Shown piece after piece: positions 15,187 to 28,174 of a stretch of DNA of 64,000 nt. Position numbers and translations under genes: made by a program. Origin of the DNA: Vicugna vicugna (Eukaryota); the NCBI GenBank assembly GCA_013265495.1, contig MU058054.1, positions 806,001-870,000 on the forward strand. The letters run 5' to 3'. Each line of letters begins with the position of its first letter. The first letter of the stretch is position 1. Under the pieces are notes generated by a model. That model did not search any database, was not told where the DNA came from, and saw only the letters and a program-made list of their open reading frames with translations.

Positions 15187-16807
15187 CTGTGGGATGGGAT
15201 ACAGTGGTGAGACTTCAGGAAATACCCCTGGCCTGGGGAGCCAGGTGACGGCAGGCTTGCATCAGGAAAGCCCCGGGCTGAGCCCTCAAGGCCCAGGAGA
15301 AGGCCGAACCCCGAATCCTCGCCTGGGCTTTCCCTTCCCCGGGTGCCGGCTTCCTCATCGGCAGAGTAGATGGGCAAGTGGCTGCCCTCGGGCTCTCTGC
15401 CACCACCTGATGGTCTGATGCTTCTAACCACGCCTGCAGCACAGGGCGTTTGCGTTCCCAGGCAGGGTACACCGACCCCACACTGACCCGCCCCATGAGC
15501 CAAAGCCCCAGAGGAATAAAAGGCGCTGGGAAGACCCCCTCCCCAGCTGCTTGAAGATCCAGGCGGCGAAGGTGGGCTTGAAGCCACCCAGACGTCACCG
15601 TCCAGCCCTCTGCGACTCCGGCATCTGCAAATACCAATGCAATCCTTTCCGCGGGTTTCAGGAAACTCACCAAGCGGCCTCAGAAAGCCCACAGCTCAGC
15701 AACCAGACTGAGATTTTACGTAAGACATGAAGACTCTCCAAGTCTTTCTTCTCTACTCCCTTCACTCTAGCCCTTACTCCCAGAGGAAATTAAAAACACA
15801 CGTGGTATCAGCCTTCCAGAAAACCAAGGGACTGCTGTTCCACGGAGCGACACTGGGCTGGTCCCTCCTTTGTCCCTGCACCCACGGGGCTCCGGAGGTT
15901 CTTTATTGACTGGCAGCCGGCTCCGCCCCTGAAATTCACAGCCCTCCCCTCCAGCACATGCTGCCGCGAGCTGTTACTGGGGGTCTTCCTGCTCCCCGCT
16001 CATCTGGAACCTCCTCGAGGGCCAGGCAGGAACCACGGGGTTTCTCCTGCACCCAGTCTTTTGGGGGGTGTGGGTGAGTCACAGAAGCAGCAGAGGGTCT
16101 GACCAGGGGTCTGACCACGCTACCACGCATCAGCCACGGGGTTTGGCAAAGTGGTTCAACCTCCCTGAGCCTTGTTTCCCCCCCCTCGTCAGGTGTCACA
16201 CAGGGATGACACCCTCTACCGTGTCGTCTGTGGGAACGAAGTGAGACGGCGTGGATAAAAATGCCCACACCGTGACCGGTGCTAGCTGGCACGCAGGCAG
16301 GACTGACCCGAATCGCGGAGACCCAGGAAGGCAAGGGACCTTCTCACTGGTCTGAAAGGGCACAGATGCGTGTTAGGGGAGACACAAGGCTGGACAAAGT
16401 GATCCTCGGGCCCACACTGAGAGGCTACCGCAGCTCAGCTGGCAGGGCAGCCAAGCTCACAGGCAACCGATCTGGGCTGAGAGGAGAGCAGAGAATAAAC
16501 AGGGGCCCCCACTCCTCTCACCTACAGGCTGGATGGGGTCTACATGGTCCAGGGCCTGCTTTCGAGAAATCCTTAATGTTCCCAACAGGGCCCTGCAGGT
16601 ACACTTAGGGGAAGAGAGGAGGACGGGAGAGACAGAGAAGTTGGAGCAGAAAGGAGGGAGGGGAAGGGGAAGAAACAAGAGCGCTGAGGGTGGAAAGGCG
16701 GCCGCTCATCCCACAGACACACCGCCTCCGGCCGTCTGCTTGCTTTACAACAGCACAGACCTTGTGTTACTGCACACCTCACTGTATCCTGCTCTGCAGG
16801 TGCTGCG

Positions 16808-16830
16808 TTATTATTATTATTATTATTATT
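16808..16830 (+). repeat. (TTA)n microsatellite inside the Tigger element
   Basis: ttattattattattattatta run. Confidence 0.85.
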
Positions 16831-17139
16831 TTACAGATTGAAGGTTTGTGGTAACACCCTGTGTCGAGCGAGCCTATCAGCACCCCTTTCCCCAAAGCAT
16901 TTGCTCGCTTTGTGCCTGTGTCCCATTCTGATAATATTCACAATATCCCTTTTTCATGATTATTATACTCGCTATGGTGATCTATGATCTTTGCCGTTAC
17001 TATTGGCAAAAAGTACAATTGCTGAAGGCCCAAGATGATGGTTAACCTTTCTTAGCAATCAAGTATTTTTTTTTAATGGGGGTACTGGGGATTAATTTCT
17101 CCTGGTTTCTCTTCTCTTTATTTACTTTATTCTCCTTCT

Positions 17140-17255
17140 TGGGATGGCGAGGTAATTAGGTTTATTTACTTATTTTTTAATGGAGGTACCAGGGACTGAA
17201 CCCAGGACCTCCTGCATGCTAAGCATGTGCTCTACCACTGAGCTATACCCTCCCC
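17140..17255 (-). mobile_element. Vic-1-like tRNA(Ala)-derived SINE
   Basis: Minus strand GGGGAGGGTATAGCTCAGTGGTAGAGCACATGCTTAGCATGCAGGAGGTCCTGGGTTCAGTCCCTGGTACCTCC plus AT-rich tail with AAACCTAATTACC. Pol III A and B boxes present. Confidence 0.85.
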
Positions 17256-18599
17256 CCGAGTTTCTTTAGACATACGCTGCTGCACTCTTAATAGGCCCCA
17301 ATACCATGTAAACACAATTTTTACATGTACTGAGAAAAGTTTGTGTGACACGCTTGATTGCAGTGGTCTGGAAGCGAACCCGCAGTATCTCTGAGGTTCG
17401 CCTGTAAGCAGCGAGGAGGGAAGGAAGAAAGGAGAGGGGGAAGAAACACAGCATCTGCAGAGATGCTGCTTAGCTGGCCTGCTTCCCATGCCAGCATTTA
17501 ATAGCGGTGAGCTTACAGCGGCCACTTGGCATCGAAGACAGGAAGGTCTTCCATGCGCTCCAGCTGGGCTCACGCTGCCAGCCACTCGCCAGCGGAGTGT
17601 GGGGCTGTGTGCGCTAAACCCCAAAAGCGCCAAGATGCCCAGGCTGGATTTCAAGCAACCGCGTTCACAACGCACACGCGACTCTCCCGCATCCGTCTCC
17701 GGGGAAGCGCGCTCCCTGGGCTGTGTGTGGGGCAGGTGGCCGCGCTGCGTCTGGCGGCTGTGCGTGTACGCGGCAGGCTCGCTGTCGTCAGGGCGGAACA
17801 TCTGGGCAGCTCCCTCCTCCGCGCCCAGCCACACGCAAGGCAGCGCACAGGCTATGTGGCAGCTGGGGTTCAATTCAAGAAGCCGCTGGTCTGGAGCCAA
17901 TTTGGTCCCATAACAAATGACACGGGAACATCTGGAGATGTGGCTGGAGACAACTGGGCTGGGTCCCTCACGGCGGGAGCACACGGATCGCATTTGGTCA
18001 CCGCACGGAAATAGATGCTACTGGGCCTCCGCGGCCACTGGCGAAGACCCTGCCTCGGGCTCTCCCGGGCTACTCCAGGGGACGGAGCCCCGCCTCCACC
18101 CGACTGCAGCAGCAGCTCACCCAGGCTCAGACTCTGCTAAAAGCCTGCAGGGGCTCCCGGCAGCACCCCCCGCCCCCACCACACTTGAAGCCCTGAGTGC
18201 CGGGCCCTCCAGTCTCTCTCTCTGCTCTGGAGGAGTGTGCTCCAGCCACATGGAGCTCTCACTGCCCCAGAACGCACCACTGTCCTGCGCACGCCCCCAC
18301 AGCGTGCCTGGCACACCGTCTGCCTGCCCTGACGACCTGGCCAAACCCTGCACACCTCCAAGACTCAACGCAGGAAAAAACTACCCTGCGAGGTACTGCT
18401 CGGCCCCCAGCACCCCCTCCCCAAGCTGGGTTAGGTGGCCCTTCTGGGTGCCCTGACGCCGCGTGGCATCTTCCATCAGGGTGAATGTGACTGCTGGCTG
18501 TCTGGTCAGTCTCCCCCACCAGCTGAGCAGCTTAAGCTCCTCCTCTATCCCAGCACCTGGCCTGGGGCCGGGCACATAGTGATCACTCTAAATATTGGA

Positions 18600-18673
18600 A
18601 AGGGGGACAAAGGGAGGGAGGGAGGGATCGATGGAGGGAAAGAGAGAGGGAGGGAGGGAGGAAAAGAGAGAGG
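18600..18673 (+). repeat. (GGGA)n-like purine tract in intron 4
   Basis: agggagggagggaggg...gagggagggaggaaaagagagaggg. Confidence 0.8.
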
Positions 18674-18708
18674 GCACTCAGGATTAAGAGCATAGCCCTG
18701 ACTCCGAC

Positions 18709-18783
18709 CTGCATCCATGCTGTGGTTCATCTGGTGGTCACTGGTCTCTCCATCTTCACTCAGGTAGCCCGGGGGTGGGGTTT
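18709..18783 (-). CDS. SMAD3: SMAD3 coding exon 4 (75 nt; linker with T179 and PPGY motif)
   Basis: Acceptor ttcccAG|AAACCCCA, donor GCAG|GTCGGA. Translates [25 protein letters not shown]. Confidence 0.99.
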
Positions 18784-19695
18784 CTGGGAATCGGAAGGAA
18801 AGTGGTTCATTAAATGGCCTCCATGATTTGGCTCTAGAGACACCTTCTGCTAACCCGTCCCACACTCTCACCACTATGCCAGGAGTAGGTGCTGGGCCTC
18901 AGAGCCTGGGCCCCGCTGTCCTCGCATCCCTCAACCTCCCCGCTGCTTCCCGCCCGGATCGGATCATTGCCGCCTTTGTCCACATGGTCCCAACTCACAA
19001 GTCTGTAAACGCCTGTTCCTGGAGCCTCTGCCAGGCTCAACTTCTCCCCATCCTTCCAGGCCAGGTTTGAGCTCCCCTCTCCAGGGAGGCTGTGGACTCA
19101 GCCCAGCCTACCTCATCTCTGCTCTCTGAAGGGTGCCAGCCTCAAACGGCCCTTTGGCTCTGCTGCCTGCTCCCGTGCAAATGCACATGTCTCTCCATGG
19201 GATGTCTTAGCTTCCCAACTGGGACGCCAAGTCCCATGACAGCAGAGACGGTGGCTCGATTTCTCTGAATGACCCCCAGACCCTGACATAGCTCTCCTAA
19301 GCTTTGCTGAATGAGCAGTGGGGGGCAAACCTCCCCTAGGGGCCAGCACCGCCTGTGAAGGATGAAAGGCTGCATCTGTAAAGCGGGTCTCTCATTAATG
19401 CTCTGACCCCCACCCGCAGGCCTGTGGTCAACCTCAGCACAGTGAGCTCGCCCAGGGTGCAGGGCTCATCCCCACCAGACGGCTCCGAGAGGAACGCGGG
19501 CATCACCGCCGCAGTCACAGTCCCTGCGCTGGGACTGGCCAATTGGTTTTCCTGGACGCCCAGAGTGCTGGTGATTCACACTTTATTTGCATGTAAATGA
19601 GGGGCTTCTAAAAACAACTGCGCTCTGACAGTGGAGCCCACTTCTCCCCGTGGCTGAATGCCTCCCACCCAGGTTTTGAGCCCCCCCAGGCTTAC

Positions 19696-19880
19696 TTACA
19701 AGGCCAGATCTCTGCGCGCGGCCCAGCCCCACTGCCTCTGCAGGCCCCCGGGCCATCGGGGATCCTGCCTGAACTCCAGCCCCAGCCGCGAGGGCGGTGA
19801 GAGAAACACAGCGTTGCTATTTCCGCTTCCAAAATAAATGACTGCACCGAGGCCGGGCGGAAGGGTCACGCCGCCGCTCC
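19696..19880 (-). promoter_or_regulatory. SMAD3: Putative internal promoter and first exon in intron 3
   Basis: CpG-rich patch, tandem ETS-like GGAAGCGGAAAT (~19819-19830, minus), GC box, and consensus donors CTT|GTAAGT (exon end 19700) and TAA|GTAAGC (exon end 19696). Confidence 0.5.
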
Positions 19881-20032
19881 CCCGTGCCAAGAAAAGCATC
19901 ATTAGTGAGCGGGGAGCCAAGGCCACGGGTCCTCTCCCAACAGGGATGCGGTTCTGAGTCAGGGGCCTCGGGCCAGCGTGTGTGCAGAGACGGGGTGACG
20001 GGGGACGGAGCCCGGGGCTGCGCGGCACCTCA

Positions 20033-20782
<750 letters not shown>

Positions 20783-21779
20783 TCAGGTGTCTCACCCCCA
20801 CGGTGTGGGAGATCAGAGAACCTCTGTTCGAGCTGGAAGGGGTCAGGAGGAGAACACAGAGGCCACCAAGGAAGGCCGAGGGCTCCCGGGCTGGCAGGGC
20901 GCACCCGGAGCCCTCCAGGCCCTGGGGTGCGTTCTCCCACCCCACCACAGAGGGAATAGCGCTGATTCGTGCTCTGAAAGGGTTCAGGCCAGGTGGAGGT
21001 GTGCAGATGGGCACAGGGCTGAGCAAGAAGATGAAAGTTCTTTAGGGGCAACTGTGAGGACCACAGGGACACTGAGAAGGGAGGTGACAGCACATCGGCC
21101 ATCTCCAATCACTCTCCACACCCACCCAGTCCCTCCCTTACATGTTAGGAAGCAAGGAGAACCCTCCTCTTATTCCGTTGATGTTTGTGATGAGGAGGGG
21201 AGGGAAAGAGGGAACTTAAAGGGCATTTTAACTGGTCAGAGGCTGCACTGCAGACATCTCAGGAGTCCCTTCAGTTTAAGGGCTGTGTGCATGCTGACCC
21301 TGGTGCCACCATCCACCGCGGTCGGGCGTGAGAAGGGCAGGAGCGGGGGCTCCGACTGCACACCAGGCTTGGTTCTGCAACTGTCCCCAGCCTGGCTGGG
21401 GCTGGCACACCAGCCACGGCAGTGCCCTGTCCCTGTCAAACAACATCTCCTGTGGTGACATGGCCTGTGAGCAGCTGTGACCTGGCGCCCGGGCCAAGGT
21501 GTGGTCCCTGGTGGACCAGTGGCACGGCTCCACCAAAGCTTGTTCAAAAGGCAGAACCTCAGGGCCGGCCCCAGCCCACTCCATCAGAATCTTCTTCTTT
21601 CTAAAATCCCCTGGTGGTCCACACAACTAGCAAGGGGGAACAGTGCCACTGGCTGTGACAACCGGGCAGCTCGAGTGGCAGCCCAGAGTAAGATGAGAGG
21701 CAGGGGGCTTCCGAGGAGACATGAGATTTCGGGTGACGTCTGGGATTAGGCAGGTGAGAAGGGTCTGTTCACACAGAAT

Positions 21780-22320
21780 CCTTCATCTAACAAACATTTT
21801 ATGAGCTCCTACTCTGGGTGGCCCCGGGATACAGTGGTGAGGGTAAGAGATGTCGCAGGGAAACAGGCCACAGAGTGGTCCCTGCTTCCACGGAGCTTCC
21901 GTGGGCAAGATCGACATAATAAAGCAATCAGGACAGCTACAAACTAGTTAGTTACAAACTAAGCACAGGGAGCCGCAAGAGCTTGTGACGCTGGGGACCT
22001 TGCTTTGCCAAAGGGTAGGACAGGCATCTCTGAAAAGGTGATGGTTGAGTGGAAAGTCTAAAGGATGAGGAAGAACTAAGCAGGCAAAGGGGTGTGGGAG
22101 GAGGCCATTCCAAGTAGCGGGCAGAGCATGTGCAAAGGCCCTGTGACAGGTAGAAGACTTGATAAGGGGGAAGACCAGAATGAAGACCACAGCGACCAGA
22201 GGGGAGAGAGGCTGGGGTAGCAGGCAGGGGTGAGGCTGCAGGGTCTCAGAAACCATGATAAGAGGCCCTGCCTTTTTTCTAAAAGCCATAGGAAGCCTCT
22301 GAGATGTTTAAGCAGGCTGT
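21780..22320 (-). mobile_element. LINE-2 3' fragment
   Basis: tcatctaacaaacattttatgagctcctactct...ccctgcttccacggagctt...gagcatgtgcaaaggccctg...gccataggaagcctctgagatgtttaagcagg. Confidence 0.75.
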
Positions 22321-24019
22321 GTGTCTGTGTGTGAAAGAGACAGGCTCCACGATAGTTCTGGCCACGGGAACAGGCAGACTGTGGGTAGGGGCGCTGGAGA
22401 GTCAGAGTTGGGGGGACAGATGCTCATAAATAAAGTGGTGCCTGATGGCAGCACTGATCTTTCTACAAGAAGGCCCATTCTAGTATCATGGGCAGGACTT
22501 TTGCAACAGCCAGGTGGGGTTGGCGGAGAGGCGTGTGTAAGCTCCCCCTCCCTGCCCCTATGTGAGTGCGGGCACCCATTTTCCTGAATAAACAGAATTT
22601 GTGGACACCCTGTGAGGGGGGGGCTCACCAGATGCACCGGAAGCACCAATCAGAGAGAGAGAAACAAGGATCCAATCACAGTCTCCCAGCCACCGGCCTG
22701 GGGAGGGGGAAGGACAGACAGACAGAGGTCAGGGCTGGGCTTGGGCACAGGGACGGATGGGCAGCTGCTGACTAAGGGCAGCTCACAGGATGTAATTACC
22801 TCCCCGCCGCGGGGCCCCAGACCGAGGAACCCCGACAGCCCCACAACAGTAATTAGCAGGCAGAACATTAGCAGAGAGAGGACAGCCTGGGACTCGCCCC
22901 TGAGATACAGAAGGAGAAGGGCCAGATGTGGAGTCACGAGACCTGGGGTCAAGATGAGAGGCTCGGCTCTTCCGGCTGTGAGACACCGGGCACGTCCCCA
23001 GGTCTCTGGGACCCTCAGTTACCTCATCAATAAAATTGGAACGTTCTCCCCTCATCTACCCCTGACCTCAGGCAGCTTGGTATCCGCTTGAAAGTCCTTT
23101 GTGAAGTACCCACCAAGGCGCATTATTATTCCACATCACAATGCCACTCTCCAAACCCGGTCCTGGACGACGGGGCGAGAGAAAGGGAGAGTGGGCAGGG
23201 ACAAGTGGGGACACAGAGGGACTCAGTGGTTCCCATTCTCTTGCAGAGCCACCGGGTGCCCATAAATAGGGAAGGGGCTGAGGTCACACTTCAGTGTTTG
23301 ACAAAAGCCCAGAAGAGTCCAGCTGAACGTCTGGAGCTGCCTCTGTAGGGGGAGGCCCTGGAGAGAGGCTCGGGCCAGCGGTGAGGGAGGAGTGGGGCTG
23401 TTGGGGGGAGCCCCCACCCCCTGCCTGGCTGATGGAAGAAGGTAGCTCTCTTGCTTAAAAAAAAAATAGTAACACAGGGCAAGAGGATGGGCAGTGATGG
23501 ACAACACAAAAGAGAAGGCTCCCCGCTTCCATGGGGACAGTCAGCCCGAGTAACTGAGCGGGAGGCCAAGTTCTCCTCAGCCCGCTCTGAGCCTGGGCCT
23601 TGCGGAGGGAAGGTGAGAGACGGGATGCTCTGAGCACTCCTGATGTGGAGGGGCGCTTACACACAGCCCTAACCTCCTAAACCCTGGGGTCCTGGACAGC
23701 CGAGCCAGAGACCCAGAATGGACTTGGGCCCCACACCTACCCGGGGACGTGCAAAGGGACAAAGGGCAGGAAGGGGGCAGAAATGCAACGCTGTGGGACA
23801 CATGAAGCTTGGAAAGGCTGCAGTGAGTGAGCCAAGATCTAGGCGTGAAGTGGCCCTTACGGGCTTTGGTAGCTGAGGGACAGGACGGAGTCAAGGAGGT
23901 GGTGAAGGAGGGCAGAAGGTCCGTCACATCAGCAGGGAGAGACTTCAGTGTCTCGATTCCTTATCCAATCCTTTCTGTGTCCTGGCCACCTGAAGAATTA
24001 TGGCAGAGAAAGCTCCAGG

Positions 24020-24430
24020 CAGAGAGGAAGGAGCAGGGAGAAAGGAGGAGAGTAAAGGGGAGGGATACCAGGAGGAGGGTAGAAGAGGGTGGGAGAGAGA
24101 GGGAGGGAAGGGGGAGGGGAGGAGGGGAAGGAGAGGGGGCTAAGGGGAGAGAGTATGGGGGAGGGTAGAAAAGGATGGGGGAGAGGTGGTAGGTGATGGA
24201 TAGTGGGAGGGAGGTGAAGGGGAGGTGGCGCAGGTAGAGGGAANNNNNNNNNNNNNNNNNNNNNNNNNNNNNNNNNNNNNNNNNNNNNNNNNNNNNNNNN
24301 NNNNNNNNNNNNNNNNNNGCTAGGGGATAGAGAGGAGAGGGAGGAGGGAGGGGAGGGGGAGGAGGGGGAGGAGGGAGAAAGGAGGAGGGGGAGAGAGGAG
24401 AGGGAGGGGAAGGAGGGAGGCAGGGAGAGG
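24020..24430 (+). repeat. Polypurine (GGA/GGGA) low-complexity tract spanning an assembly gap
   Basis: G/A-rich runs on both sides of the N block. Confidence 0.9.
24244..24318. other. Assembly gap (75 N)
   Basis: Run of N characters. Confidence 1.
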
Positions 24431-25119
24431 CTAAGAAAGTCCTTCACTCAAATACAGCAAACTGAATGGATGCATTTACCGCTGTCCCGCCCAAGACAAC
24501 GAGGAGAGAGCAGACAGAAGTGGGAAGCAGATGGCGAACAAGAACAAACTCAGCTGAGGGGCGTGAGCTGAAACAGAGGCCCAGTCAGAGGAAGCCACCA
24601 ACAGTGATTCCATTTGGGCCTCAGAACCCGGGGAAGACTCAAGAACTGGGGGCACCACGCATTTCTCAGGAGGAGGCTGAAAACAGGAGGATGGGTTGAA
24701 AGTCTACAGAAGAGGCAGGCAGGTGCTCCTTTCCCCGAGCACCCCCACCAGCAGGACCTCCCCTGAGGTTTGCTCCCTGCACGGGCTCTGGACGGGGCCA
24801 CCAGCGCACAGCAGCGGATGAAGGGCAGGCAAGCGCTAGAAACAGGATTTTGTGAACGCTCCCCTGCTCACTGGGTCCCCAGACCACGACAGGCAGGCTT
24901 GTGCCCCCACCCGTCCTGTGGAGGAATTAGACAGCCCAGCCCATAAGAAAAGATCTGTAATAAACTCTTGGAAATAAAAAAGAATATAAAAATTCAAGAG
25001 AGGAGTTTTCCAAGGATGTCTTAAGTTTTTTAACTACTACGTAAATGATGTTATTTTAAAAGCTGATTTAAAAATTAGATTCAAAACGTTTTTAATTTAA
25101 TTTAAAAATTTTTTTTCAA

Positions 25120-26447
25120 AATTGAGGGTGGTACAATAATAAGGTACAGATCAATGGAACCTCACAGAAGAGCCAAGAAATAGTCACATGTATTTGGACA
25201 ACTGATTTTCGACAAAGATTCAAAGATAATTTAGTAGAGAAAGAACGGTCTTTTCAACAAATGGTGCGAAAACAACTGGAAATCCATACGCAAGGAAATG
25301 AAATTCAATCTACACTTTGCACCTATGCAAAATTTAATAGAGCCTAAAACTGTGACTTCTCGAAGAAAACGTAAGAATCTTTGTGACCTTGGGATGGGCA
25401 GAGATACCACATCAGAAGCAAATTCCATTATTTAAAAAGTTGATAAATTGGACTTCGTCAGCGCTTAAGCTTCTGGTCTTTGAAAGTGAATTAGACAAGC
25501 CACAAACTGGGAGAAAAATACTCATAAAAAGCGTGTATTTGATAAAAGACCTATTTCCAGAATATATAAAGAACTCTGAAAACTCACTATTAAGAAAACA
25601 ATCCAAGTATTAAAAAATGGAACAGGTAAACGATTAGAACAGATACTGCACAAAAAGACAGAGAGATGGGAGACGAGCACATGGAAGGATGCTGGATGTC
25701 ACTCGTCATTCGAGAAGGGCAAACTACAACAACGAGACACCACTACGTCGTTACAGTTTGGCTGCTATTTACAAGGCTGTGCCACGCGCTGGCAGGGATG
25801 CGGAGCAACTAAAACCTCATATGTTGCTGGTGGGAATGTAAAACGGCCCAACCTCTTTGGAAAACAGTTTGGAAGTCTCTTAAAAGTTCACAGCACAAAC
25901 CTACGATCCACCCAGTCCACTCCTGGGTGCCTCTCCAAGAGCAATGAAGGCATCTGTCTGTCTACACAGAGACGCGTGTGTGAACGTTCAGCCCAGCTGT
26001 ATTCATGACGGCCCCACACTGGAGGTGACCCAGTGTGTGTCAACAAGTGAACGGATGGCCCAACTCTGAAGCAGCCCAGACGAAGGACAACTACGCAGCA
26101 ACAGAAAAGGATGAACTGCTGATACACCCGACAGGGATGAATCTAAAAATCAATCAAGCTGAGTGAAGGAAGCCAGGTGTGATTCTGTCTGCGTGATATT
26201 ACAGAGTAATTGAAAGGAAAGGAACAGAGCGATGTGCCCACAGTGACAGCAAGCACATCGGTGGCAGCCTGGCGCTGGGGCGTGTGGAGGGATGGGAGTG
26301 GGGGCTTAGCCCGGGGTGAAGGCCACGTCTGCTACCTGGATCGCAGTGGTAGTTTCACAGGTGTATACATAGGTCAAAATGTATCAAGCTGTACAGTTTA
26401 AATGCGTGCAATCTGTTGTATGTCAACTATACCACAACTCAAAAAAG
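25120..26447 (+). mobile_element. Ancient LINE-1 (L1M-type) 3' fragment
   Basis: Degenerate ORF2 3' motifs (gatcaatggaac, ttcaacaaatggtgc, gctggtgggaatgtaaaa, ctttggaaaacagtttgg) and an L1MC-like 3' UTR. No intact ORF. Confidence 0.85.
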
Positions 26448-28174
26448 CGGGGGGCAAGGACCTTGGGGACTTGGATAAACCTGGGTTCACGTACTGACTC
26501 TGTGGTCAGTAACTGGGTAAACCTGATCCAATGGCTTCACGTCTTGGTCTTATAATTATTTTTCATCTGAAAGAAGTCCCTGCACTGGAGCGTTCGGAGG
26601 ACTAAACGACATTCTACACAGAAAGCCTTTGGCATTTAGCTCAGACACGATAAATGGTACCAATCCATTGTCCTTACTGATGGAGGGCTGTTACTGCCCC
26701 CGTTACTGTGACAACGCCTGGTAAAGCAAGGTATACAGTAGGAGCTCACACCACCAGGCCGCTCCTCTGCGTTAGCCACCCAGCCGCAGCGAGGCCTCAG
26801 GTGGCCTGGTGCTTCTGATTCTCACAAGGCTCTGTGCTCCTGGTCTCAGAGCAGCCCCACCGAGATGCAGCCGGGAGGTAAGGCAACAAGGCAGGCCTTG
26901 TAATGGTCCTGCCTCACTGGACACCGGTGCATCCGAGGGTCCGAGGGGCAAGGCTCCTCTCCTAGCATCATCACTCAGCAGTCTGCCCCTGGGCTGCAGC
27001 TCCAGGCCACCTCTCCTGGCTGCCCGGCCGGGCCCCGATGGCGATGGCAGGGAGGCAGGCATGTGACCACCAGCCTGGCTCAGCAGTGCCCTGCAGAAGT
27101 CACTGGGTCCCTGCCCCTGCTTCTCAGCCACACTGTTCCCAAACTCGTGACAAAGAGGGCATCTTAGTCACGTCCTTTTGTGCGCTGCTGACTACTCCTC
27201 TTGGTCCAGTCCACGCTGCCCGGAGCCAGCCTTTGTAGCGTTCCTTCTTTCTCCCTCTGTCCCACTCCAAACACACACCGACGCTCACCAAAGGAAGAAC
27301 AGTGAACTGGGAGTCTAAGCTGCTGGATTTAATTTAACCGACGTGTCCGGTACACACCCTCCCCAGGCTTACAGGGCACCGGGCCCAGTTTAAGTAAATC
27401 CAATAAATAAGTCTTAATTCTGAGCTGATGTTACCATAAACAGGCTCGGCTGCAGAAAAGGGTCTATTTTTGAGCCACCTCTCTCCCTGACCCAGCCCTT
27501 CCTCGTCGGGGCCCAAGACCAGCTGCTGGGGCGAAGGGCACTGTCCCAGGAGCCCGCCTTTGGGCCTCCTCCCCATTTATGACTGAGATCCTGTCCCACA
27601 CCCAGTGACTTCCTGACGAGAGACCCCCAAAATCCTTTCTCCAACAACCCTCTCAGGCTCCTCTGACAGAAGTTTTATTCCTTAAATATATTCTTCACCA
27701 GCCGAACCATTTCCTGTGGCAGGAAATTAGGTTTCCTCCCATTGGCTCCAAGTGGGACCCATAAAGTGTCCCAAAAATGGTGGTGGGAGCCGCAGCCAAG
27801 GATGTGGACATGCCAGAGTCCAGAGCTGATGGTGCGGTGGAGCCTGCCAGTGCTCCGGGCGGAGAGGCAGGGCTGGGGCCCACATGCCACTCACATCCCT
27901 GGGACCAGTGATCTGTGACCCACAGCCGTCCAGGGGCCAACGTGAAACACTGGTGGGTTTGGATATGGGGGTTGGAGAGAAGACTGGAGGCAGAGCATGC
28001 AAGCTCCAGAAACACGCTGAGATCTGTTCACAGCACGAACTACATGCCGGGCACACTGCTACCACGTGAGGATGAAAAATGGCACAACCCTAACAAATCC
28101 CACCCTCACCGAGCTCGGAGAACTTAAGGGGCTCTCCCGAGGTCACGTAACTTGTACAAGAGCACAACCAAAAC

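Larger units (their letters stand above)
16751..17404 (+). mobile_element. Tigger1-derived internally deleted DNA transposon, interrupted by SINE sequence
   Basis: 5' end resembles Tigger1 (ttacagattgaaggtttgtggtaacaccctgtgtcgagc). 3' end reads ...gcagtggtctggaagcgaacccgcagtatctctgaggttcgcctg followed by TA. Confidence 0.85.
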
